Shown one piece after another: positions 18,497 through 24,813 of a DNA stretch of 64,000 bases. Under the pieces are notes generated by a model. That model saw nothing but the letters and a program-made list of their open reading frames with translations. It did not search any database and was not told the DNA's origin. Origin of the DNA: Eubacteriales bacterium. Its GTDB lineage: Bacteria > Bacillota > Clostridia > Oscillospirales > CAG-382. Positions within the stretch are counted from its first letter, which is position 1; every line of letters begins with the position of its first letter. A program made the position numbers and the translations under genes. The DNA lies in contig JAZNIJ010000211.1 of assembly GCA_045577455.1 (NCBI GenBank), forward strand, positions 32,706 to 96,705, given 5' to 3'.

Positions 18497-18808
18497 ACAG
18501 ATACCTCCGTTTTTTGGGTAAAAACCCATATTGTACGAAAATTATAACATAATTATATTAAAAAATCAATACTTTTTTTAATATTATGTCGTTTTTTATT
18601 GCTTGTTGCTGTTTGATTTGTTTTGATGAAGAGTATATTTTCTGATATATTAAACATCGTAAAGGATTGTCTTGTAGAATGTGGAGATATAATCTTTGAG
18701 GGTATCAAAGTGTATTTATCAATTTTAGGAAACAAAACGCTATAACGGTCAATTTTTTCACCTTTTTTGAATATAATAATCATAAGCAATTCAATTTTGG
18801 AGGGTGAA

Positions 18809-19501
18809 ATGTTTGGTATTTTGTTGCGGTTTGTGTTTTTGTTTCTTCGTGTTAATGGAAACAATTCTTTTCTTGACCCACTCAGTGCAGAGGATGAGAG
18901 AAAATACTTTGAACTTGCTTCCAAAGGGGATGAGAAGGCGCGCGAGAAGTTGATTTTACATAATATGCGCCTTGTTGCCCACATTGTGAAAAAATATTAT
19001 TCCAACATAAAAGAACAGGATGATTTGATTTCAATAGGTACAATAGGTCTGATAAAGGGAATAGACTCTTTTAAAGGCGAAAAGGGTGCAAAGTTTGCAA
19101 CATATGCAGGAAAATGTATTCAAAATGAAATACTTATGTATTTTCGCTCTCAAAAAAAGCTGAATAACGAAACCTCAATCAATGACAGTATAGATGTTGA
19201 TAAAGACGGAAACCCACTTACATACATGGAAATACTTTCCGAGGAGGATAATATTGCCGAAACCATTGATAGAAGTATAAAGCTGTCGGTTATGATGAGG
19301 GCAATAGAAACTGTGCTTGATGAGAGGGAAAGAGAAATAATAGAAAAGCGGTACGGATTAAAAACATCATCTGAAGAACTTCCCCAACGAGAAGTTGCAA
19401 AACAGCTTGGAATTTCTCGCTCATATGTTTCACGAATTGAAAAAACAGCCCTTGGAAAAATAGAATCATATATGCGAAAAAAAGGATATGATGAGGAATA
19501 G
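18809..19501 (+). CDS. sigK: Sporulation sigma factor SigK (pro-sigma-K), uninterrupted
   Basis: ATG 18809 follows GGAGGG. A hydrophobic pro-sequence MFGILLRFVFLFLRV is followed by NNSFLDPLSAEDERKYFEL..GDEKAR..LILHNMRLVAHIVKK, DLISIGTIGLIK and region 4 LGISRSYVSRIEKTAL, which match SigK better than SigE. Confidence 0.85.
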   Translation: MFGILLRFVFLFLRVNGNNSFLDPLSAEDERKYFELASKGDEKAREKLILHNMRLVAHIVKKYYSNIKEQDDLISIGTIGLIKGIDSFKGEKGAKFATYAGKCIQNEILMYFRSQKKLNNETSINDSIDVDKDGNPLTYMEILSEEDNIAETIDRSIKLSVMMRAIETVLDEREREIIEKRYGLKTSSEELPQREVAKQLGISRSYVSRIEKTALGKIESYMRKKGYDEE

Positions 19502-19623
19502 GGACATATTGAAAGTTGCATCTGCAAGTATATTGATTGTGCCCTGGCAAACCACCGGGTTGGGTGTTGTGAAGTGTTGACGCGCTTGCCCAGTGTCTCA
19601 ATTATTTTGTGTTTAAGTTATAT

Positions 19624-19641
19624 AATTGCTTGCAAGCAATT
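19624..19641. promoter_or_regulatory. Perfect 18-bp palindrome AATTGCTTGCAAGCAATT
   Basis: Self-complementary over all 18 nt. Overlaps a TATAAT hexamer at 19621-19626, ~145 nt upstream of the integrase ATG. Confidence 0.5.
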
Positions 19642-19735
19642 GTTCTGAAAAAACGCTGCTTATTTTGTGGGCAATATATATTTTAAAAGAAATATTGGAT
19701 AGTCTTATGTGAAATGGAAAGGTGTTTCAAAAACA

Positions 19736-19768
19736 GTCATAACCACCGGCTTAGCCGGTGGTTATGAC
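19736..19768 (+). other. Perfect 15-bp-stem hairpin immediately upstream of the integrase RBS
   Basis: GTCATAACCACCGGC-tta-GCCGGTGGTTATGAC. No U-tract follows; the RBS GAAGGAG starts 4 nt later. Confidence 0.7.
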
Positions 19769-19786
19769 TACGAAGGAGTGATGCCA

Positions 19787-20845
19787 ATGAGCAACAAAAC
19801 AAAAGAACATGACATTGTAACCGCGATCTTGGATGGTGCTTTTGACAAGCCATGGGCGGTGTATTCCCCGGAGGAATACAAGCACCAGTTAGCGGAAACA
19901 CAAGCCGAGGTTAAAAAGCTGACACCCGATGAAGAAAAGACGAAGATGAATAAGCGTATGAGTCTTCGTGTACAGGCTACTGCGATTTACAGAAAGGATC
20001 AGCATGGAAGCAAGGCAACCAGAAAAAGGTACTATCAAGCCTTCTGTTGCGCCTGCGATTATCTTGCCGATACCTGTAATCTGCAAAAGGTCTCTAACAT
20101 TACACCTACGCATTTCCGCAAGGTGGTGGAGTATTGGAAGTCATACAAAGCACCGAGCACCATTCAAACGGAAGTTTCCGGTTTTCGTAAATACTGCGAA
20201 TATGCAAAATGTAAACACAAGATGCCTGAGAATAAGGAATTGACGCTCCCAAAGCGTGAACCGAAAAAGTACAACCGTGGATGGTTGCTCACTGAGTATC
20301 AGAAGGCAAGGGAGATTGCGGACTTTATGCGTAGATACGACGTGCGTGACGGATTAGATTTGGGATGGCACTTGGGACTTCGTATCATCGAGGCTTGTCA
20401 GCTCAAGTTGGGTGATGTGAAAACGGCACTTGGATGGGGAGGTCCTAACATTAAAGGCAAGGGCGGTCAGGTTCGTTTCGTTACAATCGAGACAGAGGAA
20501 CAGTTGGAGCTTCTTAAACGCTTGTACCGCGAAGTCAAGGCAAAGGGACTTACGGACAATGATTTTATTATCAGTAAGTCAATCTATAAAGGGCCGCTTA
20601 TGGAGAAGAAGTCAATCGAAAACTGGATCTACAATCACCGTAAGGAATTTACCGATCCGGATCGTCAGAAGAAGGTTACTCCCGGTAAAAAGCCCCGTGT
20701 TGATAAACTTGTTTTCCACGGACTTCGCCACTCCTACAATCAGAACCGTGAAAAGTGGTTGGCGGGCGATCCGAGAAAACTCCAGAAGCTCAGTCAGGAT
20801 CTGGGACACCGTCGCTAAGAGGTAAATGATATTTATAGAGAATAG
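19787..20845 (+). pseudogene. Tyrosine recombinase (phage integrase family) interrupted by an in-frame TAA before the catalytic Tyr
   Basis: Box residues are present: R (LGLRIIEA), K (IKGKGGQVRFV), HGLRH, LGH. TAA at 20816-20818 is followed in frame by EVNDIYRE and TAG (20843-20845). The Tyr codon at 20834-20836 sits 9 residues after the LGH His, the canonical spacing. Likely start is ATG 19787 (RBS GAAGGAG); the track start at 19709 runs through the hairpin. Confidence 0.75.
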
Positions 20846-20855
20846 GAGGAGATAA

Positions 20856-21017
20856 GTGGGAAAAGAGGTAAAAATCATTCTTAAATCCCACATACCTGAA
20901 GATGAAATTGAAGCATTGGCAAAATGCTTCCTGCCGGACATATTAGACTTTTTTGAATCCGAAGAAGGCAGACAAGAATTTGAACAGTGGACAAGAGAAT
21001 ATGATAAAAATAGCTGA
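20856..21017 (+). CDS. Small acidic hypothetical protein (53 aa)
   Basis: Below the track cutoff. GTG 20856 lies 5 nt after AGGAGGA. Reads MGKEVKIILKSHIPEDEIEALAKCFLPDILDFFESEEGRQEFEQWTREYDKNS. Confidence 0.55.
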   Translation: MGKEVKIILKSHIPEDEIEALAKCFLPDILDFFESEEGRQEFEQWTREYDKNS

Positions 21018-21072
21018 GGTTGGTATATTTAAAACACATCTAGGATATAATTGAATATATGGAGGTATTAAA

Positions 21073-21318
21073 ATGGATAATATTACATTGGAAACCTTTA
21101 TTAAAAAGATCAACGATCAGAGTTCTAAACCGATGACGTTAGAAATGCTGAAGACTACTTGTATTGTAAATTCCAAGCGATTGATTGGTGAAATTGAAAA
21201 GCTCGAAAATATGATTTTGACAGCAAGCGAAAAAGAGTTAAGCGGCATTTTACTCATCGGAGCAAAATTAGAAATTATTATTCATGATATGGTAAATCTT
21301 GAAAATTATTTGCTATAA
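21073..21318 (+). CDS. Hypothetical helical protein (81 aa)
   Basis: ATG follows GGAGG (21061-21065). Predicted all-helical, no recognised motif. Ends at the bidirectional terminator. Confidence 0.55.
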   Translation: MDNITLETFIKKINDQSSKPMTLEMLKTTCIVNSKRLIGEIEKLENMILTASEKELSGILLIGAKLEIIIHDMVNLENYLL

Positions 21319-21328
21319 TGACAAGATA

Positions 21329-21375
21329 AAAACCATCATTGCCACATGTGACGAAACTGCGGCAATGATGGTTTT
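21329..21375. terminator. Bidirectional terminator (15-bp stem)
   Basis: AAAACCATCATTGCC-17 nt-GGCAATGATGGTTTT between convergent ORFs 21073-21318 (+) and 21379-21795 (-). Confidence 0.85.
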
Positions 21376-21378
21376 GTT

Positions 21379-21795
21379 TTAAATATTTATGCGTTTTATA
21401 TTACCTAAAACTGTTTCGTATTCATTACCTATATCAGTATTAGTAAGAACAATAGCATTCTTAAGTCTTAACAAACTATTAATTGAAAACTCATTATTTA
21501 TCCAGATTTTTTTGGTGTTATAATTAAATTTGTCTAATCTATATTCCAATTCATTTATTTTTTTTGAAAGGATATACAAATGCGTATCTGTCAGCGAAAA
21601 ATAACTTTCTTTGCAATCAAATACAAATTTGTCTTTTCTCAAATGTTCTACATATAATTGAAAAATATTAATATCAGACAATGATTCACCGTTGCTTCGC
21701 AAATGAGTTTTCAAATAATCTAAGCTAATCCAGCTTATATCCTTTGTTTTTATTCTGTCGACCAAAGATTCAATTGTATCAATTGTTGCTGTCAT
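21379..21795 (-). CDS. Orphan protein B (138 aa), second gene of the island operon
   Basis: ATG at 21795-21793 overlaps the stop of gene A (ATGA). MTATIDTIESLVDRIKTKDISWISLDYLKTHLRS... is soluble with no recognised family. The track start at 21828 is an in-frame upstream alternative. Confidence 0.65.
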   Translation of the reverse strand: MTATIDTIESLVDRIKTKDISWISLDYLKTHLRSNGESLSDINIFQLYVEHLRKDKFVFDCKESYFSLTDTHLYILSKKINELEYRLDKFNYNTKKIWINNEFSINSLLRLKNAIVLTNTDIGNEYETVLGNIKRINI

Positions 21796-22238
21796 ATTAA
21801 CTTTTTCTCCTTTTCCATCCGGGTGCAAAGTGCGTGTAACTTTCTTTGAAAGTTATTGGCTGTGTTTTCGACATCACTTGAGTTTTTACTTTTTTCTGCC
21901 ATGGAAATAAGTTCTTTTATATCTGGCACAACATTTTTCTTTAAAAGGTTACCATAATTTATGAGTATATCATCAAGTTGCTCAATTACCCAATCGTATA
22001 CCGTATTTCCACATATTGTTGAATCTTTTTTTAAGGTTTCCTCATAGGACCTTAATATTTTAATTCGATCATCAATATCTTTTAAATACTCCGACTTTTC
22101 AACATATAGTAACAACGATCTCTTGATTCCTACCGTGGTTAATAATGTCCATATCGTTATAATTAGTCCTATCCACGATAAAATGTCGGTTACAGCCGAA
22201 AAATAATCCCAAAAGCCCCATTGAACTACATTCTCCAG
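21792..22238 (-). CDS. Orphan single-TM protein A, first gene of the island operon (start uncertain)
   Basis: The track ORF (TTG 22115) is preceded by 41 in-frame sense codons encoding a TM helix (DILSWIGLIITIWTLLTTVGIKRS). RBS AAGAGG (22253-22248) sits 6-9 nt before ATC 22241 / CTG 22238. No canonical start lies upstream of 22115. Confidence 0.6.
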   Translation of the reverse strand: MENVVQWGFWDYFSAVTDILSWIGLIITIWTLLTTVGIKRSLLLYVEKSEYLKDIDDRIKILRSYEETLKKDSTICGNTVYDWVIEQLDDILINYGNLLKKNVVPDIKELISMAEKSKNSSDVENTANNFQRKLHALCTRMEKEKKLI

Positions 22239-22281
22239 GATAACGCACCTCTTTTCTATATACAGACCTACCCTAATCTAG

Positions 22282-22310
22282 ATTTTAGCACAAACACTAC
22301 AAAATGTCAA
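22282..22310 (-). promoter_or_regulatory. Near-consensus sigma-A promoter of the A-B operon
   Basis: On the minus strand: TTGACA (22310-22305), 17-nt spacer, TGcTAAAAT (-10 at 22287-22282). Confidence 0.65.
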
Positions 22311-22330
22311 TATACTTAAATGTATACAAC

Positions 22331-22370
22331 AAACCCGAACGTTTCACCAATCGGTAAAAGGTTCGGGTTT
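22331..22370 (-). terminator. Hairpin just downstream of the tRNA-Leu 3' end
   Basis: AAACCCGAAC-20 nt-GTTCGGGTTT (10-bp stem), 9 nt from the tRNA CCA end. Confidence 0.5.
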
Positions 22371-22378
22371 GAATGCTT

Positions 22379-22461
22379 TGGTGCGGCCGATGGGACTTGA
22401 ACCCATACGGTTGCCCACACGCCCCTCAAACGTGCGCGTCTGCCAGTTCCGCCACGGCCGC
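22379..22461 (-). tRNA. tRNA-Leu (anticodon GAG), type II with encoded CCA
   Basis: 83 nt, folded by hand. Acceptor GCGGCCG/CGGCCGC; D arm GCG-GAACTGGCAGA-CGC; anticodon stem CACGT/GCGTG with loop TTGAGGG; long variable arm TGGGCAACCGT; T arm ATGGG-TTCAAGT-CCCAT; ACCA end. Confidence 0.9.
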
Positions 22462-22503
22462 ATACCATTTTAATTGAGGGTGTTTCCCTCAGAGAGCTTA
22501 TTC

Positions 22504-22531
22504 ATTATATCACAAATTTTGTATTTGTCAA
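22504..22531 (-). promoter_or_regulatory. Sigma-A promoter for tRNA-Leu
   Basis: On the minus strand: TTGACA (22531-22526), 16-nt spacer, TGaTATAAT (-10 at 22509-22504), ~40 nt upstream of the mature 5' end. Confidence 0.6.
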
Positions 22532-22699
22532 TACCTTTTTGAAAAAAACTTTCTTTTTTATCAAAAAATATTGTCAAGAAAATTTTCAAATTAAATTCTA
22601 CCCATATCCTAAAAGTAGAATTTACTTTGGGGAATAAAATATGGTAGAATTTGGTTTGAAAAAAGGCGGCGTTATACAAAATCGAAAATTACAAGAAAG

Positions 22700-22739
22700 A
22701 TAAAAATGCCCCTGCCGTAAAGTTTTTCGGTAAGGGCAT
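22700..22739 (-). terminator. Rho-independent terminator of the small membrane protein gene
   Basis: On the minus strand: ATGCCCTTACCG...CGGCAGGGGCAT (imperfect stem) followed by TTTTTATC. Confidence 0.6.
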
Positions 22740-22832
22740 TTGAAATGATGAAAGAATTGCCGAATTTTAAAACGGCAACAGCTAAATAACAAGCTGTTCA
22801 AAGAGGGAATCTGATTTTTTGTTCAGCACCAT

Positions 22833-23018
22833 TTATCGAGACCACATCAGATACAACGATACGGAAACGATAAACACTAATGCTGTTGCTCCAACCATAA
22901 GCGAAGGAATTGACAGCAAAGCATCGCAAGCTAAAAACATACCGGTGCTGAATGCACAAAGAATCCCTGAAAGGCAACCTATTATAGAAGCACATTTTAC
23001 TTTGAAGGACTTTTCCAT
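22833..23018 (-). CDS. Small two-TM hydrophobic protein (61 aa)
   Basis: ATG 23018 lies 6 nt after GAGGTG. MEKSFKVKCASIIGCLSGILCAFSTGMFLACDALLSIPSLMVGATALVFIVSVSLYLMWSR. Has its own terminator. Confidence 0.6.
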   Translation of the reverse strand: MEKSFKVKCASIIGCLSGILCAFSTGMFLACDALLSIPSLMVGATALVFIVSVSLYLMWSR

Positions 23019-23215
23019 ATTGCGCACCTCATTATTTTATCTACAATATCATTTTAATAGAAAGAGAAGTCTTTTTCAACCAATAAAATGAAAAACAAAA
23101 AAGAATAAATATGTGCAAAAAACCTCTAAAGGGGCAATATGTAAAGAATTATAGTTTTTTAAGTAAAACATTTATGTAACATCGCTATAAATAGTTAGAA
23201 TTCTTTTGTTCTTAC

Positions 23216-24736
23216 TTAAGGAATCAAAATAGATTTAACACCTTTTGCAACGATTCCATCCGATGTGAAAGAAGAAGCATTCTCTTTTTCCATTTTAACA
23301 GGGTCTATTCCATATTCTTTTGAAATATCCCAAAGAGTTTCCTTTTCGTTTGGGTAATAGATTGTGATGCGGCTTTTATCCCTTGTTTCTCTCGCAGAAG
23401 AAGGTGAAAAATCTGAAATCACCTCTTGGCTTCTTGCTTCGTAACGCCTTATAGTTGCATTTGCTGAAACTCTCACAGTAATTACATCACGCCCTGTAAT
23501 CATTGAAGAAGCTCCCGTTGGTATAACCGAACAGCGACAAAAGGCACTTCCCGACATTTCCGGAAACATTTCGGAAAAATTAACGGTAAAACTAACGCTG
23601 TCAATTCCACTTTCCGTCTTTCCTAAAACAGATATTCCACAAATTCCGTTAATTTTCTCTCCTTGTTCTGTTTTTTCAACGGATTCAACATCCATAACGA
23701 CATTTGTGTCATATATTTCAGATATCTCTGTGCCGGGAATTTCAAAAATTTTTTCAATAGTAAATGGGCGCGAAAAAACATCAACAAGCTCATTGAAATT
23801 AAGAGTTTCTGTTTTTGCCGAAAGAAGGTCTGAGGGCGAGAACACATCCCTTGGTAGTTCCTCGTTTTTTTCTTTGACTCTGAAAATCGTTAAAGTTGGA
23901 GAGTAAAAGAACCTTAAAACCCTGTCTTCACCATATTTATCAATATCTTTTTCTGCCATTTGGTTGTTAACCGCAAGATAATAGTAAATGATTGTGTTTT
24001 CGTCTATGGCTTCGTTCTCTATGGTTAACGAAATAGGAACGGAGCGTGAAAACAGATTGTATTTTCCGTCTCCCTCGTAAAACACCTTAAAAATCGCGGA
24101 GGTATTAAGGGTTACAGACTCGAAAGATTTAACAATATCTAAGGGGATAAGACGGACAGATGAAAAAATAATCTTATCAACGGAAGGATATGAGCTGTCA
24201 ACGGTAAATTCTTCTTCAAAAGAAAAAGACTGGGTTAAAGGCGGCAAAAACTCCTGAAACGGAAAGTTTATCGTATCATAAAATAAAATATTGTTTCCTG
24301 AATTGATATCGGGAATCTCTGTTGCAACATTCTCATTTGCTTCAAGATGAATTTTATTTTTACCCTTTATGTATAACTTTCTTGGAGAAATAACCTTACA
24401 GCTTATAAATGTGCAAAAAACTTTGGCAAAAGTTAAAAGATTTTCCGAATCTGTTTTCATATCAATGCTAACGTCAAAATCATCGGAGAAGTTTAACGGT
24501 TCAACGCTTCCGTCCTCAGCGGATTGATAAAGTATTCTGAAAGTGTTTTTTCCAAACACATCGGCAATGTTGCTTTTAGTTGTAACATCGGTTATTTCAG
24601 GCAATGATTCAATTTGAATGAGCTTTGATATCCCCGCCATAGTTTCGGGTAATTCGTATTCTTTCTCCCATTCTGTATATGTGTATCCGCTGTATGCGGT
24701 TTTTGGGAGGTAAACTGTTTTTTTAGGTGTATTCAT
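23216..24736 (-). CDS. DUF3794 (SPOCS)-like plus C-terminal LysM protein, SpoVID/SafA-like sporulation protein
   Basis: C-terminal LysM pattern ITIYYPNEKETLWDISKEYGIDPVKMEKEN...GVKSILIP. The long N-terminal region resembles the DUF3794 proteins of Clostridia. ATG 24736 (MNTPKKTVYLPK) is preferred over track start 24865, which would overlap pepV. Confidence 0.55.
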   Translation of the reverse strand: MNTPKKTVYLPKTAYSGYTYTEWEKEYELPETMAGISKLIQIESLPEITDVTTKSNIADVFGKNTFRILYQSAEDGSVEPLNFSDDFDVSIDMKTDSENLLTFAKVFCTFISCKVISPRKLYIKGKNKIHLEANENVATEIPDINSGNNILFYDTINFPFQEFLPPLTQSFSFEEEFTVDSSYPSVDKIIFSSVRLIPLDIVKSFESVTLNTSAIFKVFYEGDGKYNLFSRSVPISLTIENEAIDENTIIYYYLAVNNQMAEKDIDKYGEDRVLRFFYSPTLTIFRVKEKNEELPRDVFSPSDLLSAKTETLNFNELVDVFSRPFTIEKIFEIPGTEISEIYDTNVVMDVESVEKTEQGEKINGICGISVLGKTESGIDSVSFTVNFSEMFPEMSGSAFCRCSVIPTGASSMITGRDVITVRVSANATIRRYEARSQEVISDFSPSSARETRDKSRITIYYPNEKETLWDISKEYGIDPVKMEKENASSFTSDGIVAKGVKSILIP

Positions 24737-24813
24737 AAATAAACCGCCTTTCTTGCATATATCGTTTAGTAAGATATATGAGAAAGGCGATTGTTTTATG
24801 ATAGCAAAATAAT

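Larger units (their letters stand above)
19502..22378. mobile_element. Degenerate integrative island between sigK and the 3' end of tRNA-Leu (boundaries approximate)
   Basis: Contains a disrupted tyrosine integrase, four orphan ORFs and AT-rich cargo, and sits flush against the tRNA 3' end. I found no att direct repeat by eye. Confidence 0.45.

Noticed and set aside
18553-18984. 143-aa minus-strand ORF overlapping the sigK 5' region.
   Set aside because: It overlaps the sigK promoter and pro-sequence, has an implausible composition, and lacks an RBS.
19541-19600. The GC-rich patch as a tRNA-Leu 3' remnant (distal att site).
   Set aside because: It shares only short strings (for example GACGCGC, CTGGCA) with the tRNA. 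No convincing direct repeat of 10 nt or more was visible by eye, and a computed alignment is needed.
22098-22220. 40-aa alternative-frame ORF (MGLLGLFFGCNRHFIVDRTNYNDMDIINHGRNQEIVVTIC) upstream of gene A.
   Set aside because: It is less protein-like than the in-frame TM extension of gene A, and the only strong RBS is positioned for the other frame. It is kept as an alternative in the start-codon finding.
18809-22378. The idea that the integrase island is a skin-like, sporulation-excised element of sigK.
   Set aside because: sigK is intact and uninterrupted, with pro-sequence through region 4.2 in one frame. The island lies downstream of its stop. The recombinase is a disrupted tyrosine integrase, not a SpoIVCA-type serine recombinase.
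22641-22703. 20-codon ORF (MVEFGLKKGGVIQNRKLQER) in the tRNA-flanking spacer.
   Set aside because: It is too short and unsupported, with only a weak GGGGA upstream. It cannot be distinguished from chance without expression data.
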